A DNA stretch of 9,242 nt, taken from a virus (lineage: Duplodnaviria; Heunggongvirae; Uroviricota; Caudoviricetes). The stretch lies in IMG/VR virus record IMGVR_UViG_2700989544_000006, one strand, 5' to 3'. Position 1 is the first letter of the stretch, and each line of letters starts with the position of its first letter. The position numbers and the translations under genes are program-made. Below are positions 1 to 6,970 of the stretch, piece after piece. The notes below the pieces were generated by a model. It saw nothing but the letters and a program-made list of their open reading frames with translations. It was not told where the DNA came from and made no database searches.

Positions 1-52
1 ACAAACTCCCCGCAAACCAGACAACAGTCAACCGCCTGAATTGTGAGACATT

Positions 53-79
53 TAAAAAAAAGGCCCGCAAAAGCGAGCC
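53..79 (-). terminator. Rho-independent terminator downstream of the tRNA-like gene
   Basis: Hairpin ggcccgc(62-68)/gcgagcc(73-79) with 4-nt loop; on the minus strand the stem pairs fully with one G-U wobble and is followed by a run of 8 T (plus-strand A run 53-60). Confidence 0.55.
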
Positions 80-93
80 AGGGAAAATAAGTG

Positions 94-169
94 TGGCGCG
101 TTGTACTGGATTCGAACCAGCGACCTGGCGATTATGCGTCGCTCGCTCTCACCACTGAGCTAAAGGGCC
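94..169 (-). tRNA. tRNA-like gene resembling tRNA-Ile2/Met (CAU anticodon), probably a pseudo-tRNA
   Basis: Minus-strand read GGCCCTT-TA-GCTCAGTGGTGAGAGC-G-AGCGA-CGCATAA-TCGCC-AGGTC-GCTGG-TTCGAAT-CCAGT-ACAACGC-G-CCA. D-arm, anticodon arm (CAT at 34-36) and T-arm (GGTTCGAATCC) are canonical. The 3' acceptor strand ACAACGC pairs with 5' GGCCCTT at only 2 of 7 positions, and position 33 is G rather than the near-universal U. Confidence 0.5.
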
Positions 170-204
170 GGGAGCAGAATAATAACGGTCCGTAATTAAT
201 TCCG

Positions 205-230
205 AAATAAAAAACCCGCTCAGTGGCGGG
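205..230 (-). terminator. Rho-independent terminator after the lipoprotein gene
   Basis: Hairpin cccgc(215-219)/gcggg(226-230) with loop tcagtg; on the minus strand it is followed by a T-rich run (plus-strand aaataaaaaa, 205-214). Confidence 0.6.
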
Positions 231-309
231 TTGCTATCACAGCTATATATTTACTTATTATGCCGTTACTAACATTTATCTTCGGCATATAATCGAAAAC
301 AAGGTTTGC

Positions 310-735
310 TTAAAACTCTGCTTTCATTTTATCCGGGAATTTTTTATTTGCAGCATAATAACTACCAAGTATATAAGCGTTCATTTGCTGCTCTACATCA
401 ACCCGACATGCAGCACTAGAACAAGCACCACTGATAAGCCCAAAAGAACTCCCTTTAGCAGAGAGATCAGCTTTAATTTCCTCTACAGTGTTTTTCCCCA
501 TAGCAACTACACACCCTGTAACAATATATCTAGCCTTCACATCATCCATGCTAAGGATAGTGGTTTTCGCAATTTTGCTGTATCCATCATTTTTATAAAC
601 ATCCATGGCAAACGCACGGCAATCTGTATAATACGGACTTGCTTTAACTTGCGAATACTCAGGTAATTTCATACCTGCACAACCAACTAAACAAAAACCT
701 ATCGCTGCTATTAATACCTTTTTCATTACACTCAT
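310..735 (-). CDS. Secreted lipoprotein of unknown function (moron-like cargo gene)
   Basis: N-terminus MSVMKKVLIAAIGFCLVGCAG has a basic n-region, hydrophobic core and lipobox L-V-G-C; the mature part contains 5 further Cys. The true start may be the second ATG (MKKVL, 726). The gene is visibly AT-rich against its neighbours and is bracketed by terminator hairpins. Confidence 0.7.
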   Translation of the reverse strand: MSVMKKVLIAAIGFCLVGCAGMKLPEYSQVKASPYYTDCRAFAMDVYKNDGYSKIAKTTILSMDDVKARYIVTGCVVAMGKNTVEEIKADLSAKGSSFGLISGACSSAACRVDVEQQMNAYILGSYYAANKKFPDKMKAEF

Positions 736-883
736 AACCTAGAAGCATCATTGAACTAATTTATTAAATATTCATCGAGTTTCTGGAATACAGACGTTAC
801 CCATCTCTCCAAAATCTAAAAGATAATAAGAAAAAATGTTTAACGTACCAATCCATTTCATAGTTTCATGAGACATCAGGCAC

Positions 884-906
884 AAAAAAACCCGCTCAGC
901 GGCGGG
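884..906 (-). terminator. Rho-independent terminator (tR'-like) downstream of the Q gene
   Basis: Hairpin cccgc(891-895)/gcggg(902-906) with loop tcagcg; followed on the minus strand by 7 T (plus-strand A run 884-890). Nearly identical to the hairpin at 215-230. Confidence 0.6.
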
Positions 907-954
907 TTCTTAAATCTTATCAACGGTAGACATACAAAGCCCATCGTTGGGAAA

Positions 955-983
955 ATCTTATCCATATTTTTTGAAAAATGCAA
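955..983 (-). promoter_or_regulatory. Candidate late promoter (pR'-like) between Q and the tR'-like terminator
   Basis: Minus-strand TTGCAT (978-983), 17-nt spacer, TAAGAT (955-960). It sits about 30 nt downstream of the Q stop and about 50 nt upstream of the terminator at 884-906, matching the pR'/qut/tR' layout of lambdoid phages. Confidence 0.3.
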
Positions 984-1014
984 GCATCATGTCGCCATCT
1001 TCGGCGAAAATCAT

Positions 1015-1767
1015 TTATCTTGTCACTTTTCTCAATTGTGTCTCTGCATATGCTTCTTCCTGCCAGCACTTTGTAACCAGTTTATCAATGATATCTGCAT
1101 ATCCTTTGTACCACTGATAATCCGTCAGGGCAGGTACCAGCTTCTGGACATGATGCCGCGCCAGTGTGGTTGGTAAACGGCTAAACCGGTTACCATTGCA
1201 ACGCCCACAAATCTTATAAACAGGCGTACCATGAAGCCGGGTTCTTTTTTCATCCAGGACAATACCTTTACCCTTACACCCTCTGCACGCTGTGCTGACT
1301 TCTCCCTTACCATGACAATGCTGACATAGTTCCTTCACCCACTCTTCCTTGATAACAGATTCCCCGCTTCTGGAGTGTTTCACCACCTCGCGCAATACAT
1401 TATGAAATCCAGTACCAGCACAATGCTCACAGCGAGCCTTACTTGCCGCAGACCTGGAATAATCAGCAAAGGCAAAATTCACAAGGTAAGGGATGATCTG
1501 TAACCGGGTTTCTTCACTCAATTTATTCAATGTCGGGTTATCCAGTGCCATCGCGTAATTGAGCAGACCTTCAATCGCAAACTGAGGATCCTGAACACCA
1601 ACTTTTGCCAGGAATAAGGCAAAACCCAGTGGTGCTTTCGACTGCACCATCCCCTGCGCAGCAATTACATCCGTAATTGTTAAACCACCAGAGCCTGTCG
1701 CCGGTGCGTCATCACTCAGTTTTGGAGATTTTGGGGAGTAATATTTTGGTAAGGCTTCAAGGTTCAT
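1015..1767 (-). CDS. Late-gene antitermination protein Q (Q82/QuuQ-like, zinc-binding)
   Basis: 250 aa. Four CxxCxGxG-type repeats (CEHCAGTG, CQHCHGKG, CRGCKGKG, CGRCNGN) form a DnaJ-like zinc-finger cluster. It is the last early gene before the late region. RBS GGAG 7 nt upstream of the ATG. Confidence 0.7.
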   Translation of the reverse strand: MNLEALPKYYSPKSPKLSDDAPATGSGGLTITDVIAAQGMVQSKAPLGFALFLAKVGVQDPQFAIEGLLNYAMALDNPTLNKLSEETRLQIIPYLVNFAFADYSRSAASKARCEHCAGTGFHNVLREVVKHSRSGESVIKEEWVKELCQHCHGKGEVSTACRGCKGKGIVLDEKRTRLHGTPVYKICGRCNGNRFSRLPTTLARHHVQKLVPALTDYQWYKGYADIIDKLVTKCWQEEAYAETQLRKVTR

Positions 1768-1780
1768 GCTCGTTCTCCAC

Positions 1781-2776
1781 TTACGCCAGTACGCCTATTG
1801 CCAGCGCACGATCGATAAAACGAAATATCAGCTCCAGCTGGGAGCCATACTTCTCTTCAAATGCCACGGTATCCGCATGCAGCTCGTCGTGATGCTTTCT
1901 GCACAAAGGCAACACAAAAAGGTCATGCGCTTTTGTTCCCATTCCACCCTGACCGTGACCTATCAGGTGGTGGGGATCATCAGCGGGCTTTCCACAACAT
2001 GCACACGGCTGTGTCTTAACCCAGCGCGTGTACTTTTCATTAACCCAGCGGCGACGTTTTGGGCGTAACATAAAAGACTCCGGCGACTCCGGATCCACTT
2101 TCAGCGCCAGCACCTTTTTCGCCTTATCCTGGATGATGCTGGTGGCAGGAACCGAAGGCACAAGGTCACTTTCCCGGGTAACAGACGGCACAACAGGCTT
2201 CGGTAATCTCAGTGCCTTACGGGCTGCACTTTCCGGTAAGGCATCCGCCAGATCATTACGAATCAGCCACCAGCACAGTTCCGGCATTGTCACAACGTGA
2301 CTGTCATCAAAACCGAGATCCCGACGCACAACAGACAACACCCAGCGGGCACAGTTATCCGTTGCCATTGATTCCAGCCGTTCCGTGAACTGATCGCGCA
2401 GCTGGTTATCGCAGTGCCAGCACAGACGGATTGCACCCGGAGCGTGTCGCATTGTGGTCATGTTCTCGCTGTGCCAGTCGGAATGAGGCCACTGGCAGCC
2501 TTTTTCACGAAGTAACCAGCTTTCAAGACATTCCACGCCACCAGCACGACGGATCACTGCCTCATTGCGGAACACGGCCCGAACGGCAGGATCATCCGCC
2601 AGCGGTTGTGATGCCGCCGGAACGGCACCACTGGCGAAAGATGAATAACGCTCCGGCTCAGGCTCCAGCAGGACACGCCCCTGCATAAACAGGGGCATCA
2701 GCTCTGAACCTGGCCTGAACAATACGATCCCCATACGCGGGGCAATTTCAGGGGTCAGTAGTGCTCTCACGGTCAC
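1781..2776 (-). CDS. DUF968/YdfU-like protein with HNH-like Cys/His C-terminal motif (possible NinG/Rap-like nuclease)
   Basis: 331 aa; C-terminal CACCGKPADDPHHLIGHGQ...CRKHHDELH. GTG start one nucleotide after the upstream stop. Sits immediately upstream of Q, as ydfU does next to quuQ in Qin-like prophages. Confidence 0.6.
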   Translation of the reverse strand: MTVRALLTPEIAPRMGIVLFRPGSELMPLFMQGRVLLEPEPERYSSFASGAVPAASQPLADDPAVRAVFRNEAVIRRAGGVECLESWLLREKGCQWPHSDWHSENMTTMRHAPGAIRLCWHCDNQLRDQFTERLESMATDNCARWVLSVVRRDLGFDDSHVVTMPELCWWLIRNDLADALPESAARKALRLPKPVVPSVTRESDLVPSVPATSIIQDKAKKVLALKVDPESPESFMLRPKRRRWVNEKYTRWVKTQPCACCGKPADDPHHLIGHGQGGMGTKAHDLFVLPLCRKHHDELHADTVAFEEKYGSQLELIFRFIDRALAIGVLA

Positions 2777-2777
2777 C

Positions 2778-3587
2778 TCAATGAACGGTATCGAGCAGCT
2801 TTAACAGCTCAGGGAATCGGGATTCGAAGAAATGCGGCTGCGTCTCGCGCGGATTTGCGGGACTGGTGATGTTCTTGCCGAACATGCAGCCTTTCGCCGT
2901 CAGCGACCAGAATTTTTTGATGTTGTTAATCGCGGTACGACTGTATCGTTCGCGCTGCTCGACGATCCCCAGTTTCACCATCTGGTGATATGCCTGATTA
3001 GCCGTCAGGCGTATACCATACTGTTTCAGCAGTGCACTCAGTGACAGTGTCGGGCGACTTGAGCCATCGTGTGCATCAGCAGGAGCATCAATGGCATAGC
3101 GCGGTGCCAGATTCGGTAAGCCAACAGCCTCCTGGAGTTTCTGACAGGCACCAAGCACAGATGAGTTAGACAGGTTTAACTCCCGACGCATAAAGTCCAG
3201 CAGAATCACACCAGCCTGCATCTTGTCAGCAGCCTGTCCGGATAATTTTTCCGGTGCGCTGGTTACCATGTCGAAAGTACGGATCACCTTAAGATGGAAT
3301 GACGGGCTTATCCACATTGCATAGGCATACACCAGTTCTTTGCAGACATACGTTCCCCGTTCATTTCCCCCATGAATCACACTCACCGGGTCAACACCCA
3401 AATTCTGGGTGTTGGTCAATTCATGAACAAGTTCAACAGTTTGTTGGCTGGAAAGAAACTTTCCTGGCTCCTTGGTTCTGGCATTTGCACCAGATGCTAC
3501 TGCTGCGCGATGTAGATCGTTCAGGCTGTAACGCCCATAAACATCACGACGAACTTCAATACCATCAATGACCATCAGATTATTCAT
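2778..3587 (-). CDS. KilA-N domain protein (antirepressor-like)
   Basis: N-terminal region (...YSLNDLHRAA...GGNERGTYVCKELVYAYAMWISPSFHLKVIRTFD) matches the KilA-N DNA-binding domain. Start taken at MNNLMVIDG (ATG 3585-3587), which has a GAGGAG RBS; the longer ORF start at 3620 would overlap rusA. Confidence 0.7.
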   Translation of the reverse strand: MNNLMVIDGIEVRRDVYGRYSLNDLHRAAVASGANARTKEPGKFLSSQQTVELVHELTNTQNLGVDPVSVIHGGNERGTYVCKELVYAYAMWISPSFHLKVIRTFDMVTSAPEKLSGQAADKMQAGVILLDFMRRELNLSNSSVLGACQKLQEAVGLPNLAPRYAIDAPADAHDGSSRPTLSLSALLKQYGIRLTANQAYHQMVKLGIVEQRERYSRTAINNIKKFWSLTAKGCMFGKNITSPANPRETQPHFFESRFPELLKLLDTVH

Positions 3588-3606
3588 ACTTCGTTTCTCC
3601 TCTTGA

Positions 3607-3996
3607 TCAGGCGGCTGCACCCGCCGTTTTCTCGTACTTACTGATAGTGATCTCGACCTTCCCTTTCGGGATAACCGGTCCCCACTCCACCAGCATTCTT
3701 TTCACCTGACTGTCGTCTTCCCACACACCCGCGTGGGTCAGGGCGTCAAACAGCGCCTTGTTATAGTTGTCCAGATCGCGGATCCTGTTATCCGGAGGAA
3801 ACAACACGATCTCCACTGAAGCAGGTGCCGACGTTGGTTTCGGCAGACGACGTAACTGCTCAATGATGGCGGCACACGCCGCGCTCTGAAATTTTCGCCC
3901 CGCCTCGCTTATCAGGCTCTTACCAGCAAATGCCCCTTTGTTGGGGTGTCGCCAGTACGTGTTCACGCTGGGCGGAAAAGGCAGTATTAGCTTCAT
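3607..3996 (-). CDS. rusA: Holliday junction resolvase RusA
   Basis: 129 aa with RusA hallmarks: LPFPPSVNTYWR N-terminus, catalytic acidic cluster RIRDLDNYNKALFDALT and WEDDSQV. Its start overlaps the upstream stop (ATGA). Confidence 0.85.
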   Translation of the reverse strand: MKLILPFPPSVNTYWRHPNKGAFAGKSLISEAGRKFQSAACAAIIEQLRRLPKPTSAPASVEIVLFPPDNRIRDLDNYNKALFDALTHAGVWEDDSQVKRMLVEWGPVIPKGKVEITISKYEKTAGAAA

Positions 3997-4646
3997 GCCA
4001 CCATCTCCCTGACCAGTTTTTCCGCCTGCTGGCGAACCTGCGCCAGAAACGCCTCACCACATGCCTCAAGTTCATCGCGCCCGATGTAGCTGATTGCCGG
4101 TCCCTTCCAGGTCTTATCGAAAACAGCAATAGCACCAGCGAAGAAAGCGCCTGTCGGCACCTGCTTCTCATCCTTCGGGATAAACCAGGCAGGCAGTTCA
4201 AAACCAATACGCCCGCGAATAAAAGTAATATGGTCCGCATCTTCCGGCCACCACACTTCGCTGGTGGCAGCTTTGATCAGGAAAACATAGCGCCCACCCT
4301 TATCACGCATGGCACTGGCATGTTTCATGATGTAACGCATGCCGGTGATGTATTGCCCCTCATGCTGACTGGCGCGGCTGTATGGGGGATTACCAAAGGC
4401 AGCACCTTTAAGCTCCGCAAGACGTTCTGACCAGTCATGCGCCAGCGCGTTATCTTCCGCCGTGTAATACGCGGCACATTTGGCGTTATCACCGTCAGTA
4501 AACAGATCCAGAACAAACGGGCCAAACAGGGTGTTAATTCCCCAGAAAATGTTGTCCGGCGTGCGCCACTGATCGCCCACTTCCTTCAGTTCATGGGCTG
4601 GTTTGTTCCGCAGTTCTACCAGCGCCTGGCAATATTTATTATTCAT
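3993..4646 (-). CDS. Phage-type DNA N6-adenine methyltransferase (Dam family)
   Basis: Contains the NPPY catalytic motif (FGNPPYS) and the conserved DQWRTPDNIFW N-terminal block. Start chosen at MNNKYCQ (ATG 4644-4646) with a GGGGG RBS; the ORF track start at 4691 lacks an RBS. Confidence 0.8.
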   Translation of the reverse strand: MNNKYCQALVELRNKPAHELKEVGDQWRTPDNIFWGINTLFGPFVLDLFTDGDNAKCAAYYTAEDNALAHDWSERLAELKGAAFGNPPYSRASQHEGQYITGMRYIMKHASAMRDKGGRYVFLIKAATSEVWWPEDADHITFIRGRIGFELPAWFIPKDEKQVPTGAFFAGAIAVFDKTWKGPAISYIGRDELEACGEAFLAQVRQQAEKLVREMVA

Positions 4647-4740
4647 TAAGCCCCCACGTAAAAAGCATCCGCAATGTCTCCGGAAGTACACCCCGGATGG
4701 GCTTCAATGAATTTCTGAACTTCATTCAAAAGACTCATGA

Positions 4741-5559
4741 TCACCCCCTGAATCCTTCCGGGATCTGGCTGTAGTCCACGTTGTCGTAACTGGCTTTGAA
4801 GTACGGGTCCTCGCGTCTGACTGCAGATACCGCAGGAACTTCCCAGGATTCTTCGAAATGACGATCCGGGCCAAAGAACGTGACAGCCTGTTTCACAAAT
4901 TGTGTGCCGCTGTTACCCATCGCAGATACCCAGCCCGCGTAGCGTTTCACACCTTCCAGCATGGTTTCGGGGTTTACCCCCTCATTCAAACGGGCTTTCC
5001 AGGCTTTGAAGGCTGCAGATTTTGAATTGCCACCAGCACGTTTTGGATAGGCCAGCCATGCCTGCTCAAACTCCGGAGAGTATTCCGGTCGGTTTGAACG
5101 AACTCGCACAGACTCATCAGCAGATGCACCAACAGCTATTGGTTCATTGACTGGTTCTTTGACTGGTTCAAAAGAGTGACTGGTTCTGGGTGAATCTCCT
5201 GCACTACCCCCTGGTGCAACTCCTGCACTACCTGGTGAATTTGCTGCACCAGATAGTGAATTATTTGCACTACCCCCTAGTGAATCTCCTGCACCATCAA
5301 GATGAAGGAGATAGATATTACTTGAGTTACCTTTTTCACCTTTCCGGGTGACTTTTTTTACCAGCCCGGAATCACAAAGGGCCGCAATATGATTCATCAC
5401 AGAACGTTTGCTAATCTCGCACTGGTCAGCAATATGCTGGTAGCTGGGCCAGCACTCACCCTGATCGCTGGCATTATCAGCCAGCTTGATCAGAACCAGT
5501 TTTCGCAATGGATTACCCACTCGAATTTTCATCGCTTTAACCATCAGCTCCATACTCAT
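4741..5559 (-). CDS. Replication initiation protein (lambda O-like; N-terminal HTH replisome-organiser domain)
   Basis: N-terminus (KIRVGNPLRKLVLIKLADNASDQGECWPSYQHIADQCEISKRSVMNHIAAL) is a winged-helix replication-initiator domain, followed by a low-complexity linker encoded by iterons and a conserved C-terminal domain (EFEQAWLAYPKRAGGNSKSAAFKAWKARL). Strong RBS GGAGGT 4 nt upstream. Confidence 0.75.
   Translation of the reverse strand: MSMELMVKAMKIRVGNPLRKLVLIKLADNASDQGECWPSYQHIADQCEISKRSVMNHIAALCDSGLVKKVTRKGEKGNSSNIYLLHLDGAGDSLGGSANNSLSGAANSPGSAGVAPGGSAGDSPRTSHSFEPVKEPVNEPIAVGASADESVRVRSNRPEYSPEFEQAWLAYPKRAGGNSKSAAFKAWKARLNEGVNPETMLEGVKRYAGWVSAMGNSGTQFVKQAVTFFGPDRHFEESWEVPAVSAVRREDPYFKASYDNVDYSQIPEGFRG
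5148..5298. repeat. Iteron array (candidate replication origin) inside the O-like gene
   Basis: Three perfect TGACTGGTTC direct repeats (5148, 5160, 5177), then five 21-22 bp repeats of consensus GGTGAATCTCCTGCACTACC (5189-5298). An AT-rich stretch follows at 5299-5360. Confidence 0.6.
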
Positions 5560-5780
5560 GCTGCACCTCCGAGATGCTTCATGTTTTTTCCGGAGCGAAA
5601 GGCTATAAGCGGCATACTGACGCGGTAATTACGGCCCAGCGGTTCACAAATCACCTTCTGACATTCACGGTCAACCAGGCTAACACGTAGAACATGCCCT
5701 GCAGGCGTGGTGTACCACTGACCGGGGCGAGGACAACGGAAAGTCTGATTGGTAAATCGTTTGAAAATATTCCGGATCAT
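5556..5780 (-). CDS. Hypothetical small protein (74 aa)
   Basis: ATGA start/stop overlaps with both neighbours (5777-5780 and 5556-5559) and an AAGGGGG RBS; no recognisable motif. Confidence 0.5.
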   Translation of the reverse strand: MIRNIFKRFTNQTFRCPRPGQWYTTPAGHVLRVSLVDRECQKVICEPLGRNYRVSMPLIAFRSGKNMKHLGGAA

Positions 5781-6970
5781 TTGCGCCCCCTTACCTCTGA
5801 AGAGTTCAGCGACGAATGAATAAGACGGGCAAGAAATGCCGCATCGTTAATTCGGTCATACAGACTTACAGCCAGCGGTGATTCAGCTTTTTCCAGCATG
5901 GGATAAAGCTGCTGCAACCAGACCTGATGAATTGATGAAATGTAGGAATAGAGAACGCTGGCGTTATGTGCAACGTCGCTCGGTACAGAGGGCTTTGAAA
6001 GCTGTTTCTCCATCTGGTTAAAGGCATTGATGTATGCCTCTTTGAACTGGGCAGCACGTTTGCCAGTGAAGCCCATTGCCAGGAACGCGAAGCCGTCGCG
6101 GGTGATGTGGTAGCAAGGAAGTTTGCGAGTACCGCCGTTGGGCTGGTGTACCAAAATTGATGTCTCCGCAAAATTGCGGGCACAAAACTCTGGAGAACAA
6201 TCCAAAATGCGGATCTTTTTCAGAACATCGTCATGACGTTTAGAGAAGAAGTCAGCAACAGCCAAAGAAGATGTAACAGCCTGACCATCAACGATGGCAA
6301 TTTCAGGTTGAGAGAGGGTTGGGAGAGTAGTCATGGTGACAGCCCCGGTAGTCAGTTTTTCAGAAAACTCACCACATGGGACGCCAATCACAGAGGTGGT
6401 GAGACGTACAGGGTTGGCGTTACCGGAGACTACCGAACCCGGCCCGACCGAAGTCGGCCCTGTACGCCCCACCATAATTTGGGCGTAGCAATGCTCATGA
6501 CACGAAAAAACCGCATGAGCGCGGTTATGCTCAGTAATCAATTTCAGGACGCCAATCCCGGCACCCGCTTTATAAGGTGCCTGAACAGTGTAACGTCCCG
6601 GAATGGCAGAATCAATGTGCTGGTGGTCCTTCACACTCAACAAAATCACGCCTGAATTTCCACAAAGGACTAAAGCACTCATGCGGGTAGTCTTTGCGAA
6701 GATAGATAACGCGCTGTGTTTCTGGCTCCCAACGAATGACTCTGACGGGCACTCCGTAGTGATCTTTGAACCAGCGGTTAACTTGTCGCAAAGGACTGTC
6801 TCCTTCTGCCGGTTGAAATCACCCACAGCCCACTCTGCAAAGCTGTGGGTTACAATTTCCCTGTCACCTGGTACATTCACTGCATAGCAATACTCCACCT
6901 TCGCTTTTCCACCCGGTACAGGAAGCGCAATCAGTTGCGAGCGACGGTAGTGTGTTGTTAAACTGTTCAT
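5777..6970 (-). CDS. Composite protein: uncharacterised N-terminal region (about 210 aa) fused to a Rha-family phage regulatory domain
   Basis: Residues about 215-320 ([33 protein letters not shown]...[31 protein letters not shown]) match the Rha domain. The upstream 212 codons are in the same frame with no stop, and the ATG at 6970 overlaps the upstream gene's stop (ATGA). Confidence 0.6.
   Translation of the reverse strand: MNSLTTHYRRSQLIALPVPGGKAKVEYCYAVNVPGDREIVTHSFAEWAVGDFNRQKETVLCDKLTAGSKITTECPSESFVGSQKHSALSIFAKTTRMSALVLCGNSGVILLSVKDHQHIDSAIPGRYTVQAPYKAGAGIGVLKLITEHNRAHAVFSCHEHCYAQIMVGRTGPTSVGPGSVVSGNANPVRLTTSVIGVPCGEFSEKLTTGAVTMTTLPTLSQPEIAIVDGQAVTSSLAVADFFSKRHDDVLKKIRILDCSPEFCARNFAETSILVHQPNGGTRKLPCYHITRDGFAFLAMGFTGKRAAQFKEAYINAFNQMEKQLSKPSVPSDVAHNASVLYSYISSIHQVWLQQLYPMLEKAESPLAVSLYDRINDAAFLARLIHSSLNSSEVRGRK

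Noticed and set aside
94-169. tRNA-like gene as the prophage attachment site (attL/attR)
   Set aside because: No integrase is in the window, and the element lies in the late region downstream of Q, where phage-borne tRNAs typically sit, rather than at a prophage end. It cannot be excluded without flanking sequence, so it is kept only as an alternative under the tRNA finding.
223-666. 147-aa + strand ORF overlapping the lipoprotein gene
   Set aside because: Antisense to a minus-strand ORF with a clear signal peptide and lipobox; it begins inside the terminator hairpin at 215-230, has no RBS, and its translation is low-complexity and not protein-like.
1677-4649. Multiple + strand ORFs of 60-170 aa (for example 1766-2068, 2028-2300, 2431-2688, 3299-3571, 3930-4430, 4437-4649)
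   Set aside because: All lie antisense within minus-strand genes that have recognisable domains (Q, DUF968, KilA-N, RusA, Dam). Their translations are Arg/Ser/His-rich with no motifs, and they lack RBS or coupling signals.
4647-4740. Short imperfect inverted repeat (tcaatgaa...ttcattca) between the initiator and methyltransferase genes
   Set aside because: Too short and imperfect to distinguish from chance in a 94-nt intergenic region; no promoter consensus was seen.
5148-5298. Possibility that the tandem repeats are a CRISPR array
   Set aside because: The repeats are imperfect, sit inside a coding sequence, have essentially no spacers between units, and no cas genes are nearby; iterons explain them better.
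5866-6887. Alternative-frame ORFs inside the composite Rha gene (5866-6183 and 6018-6200 on the minus strand, 6233-6655 and 6603-6887 on the plus strand)
   Set aside because: They overlap the long minus-strand ORF, which is supported by the Rha domain and ATGA coupling; no independent start signals were seen.
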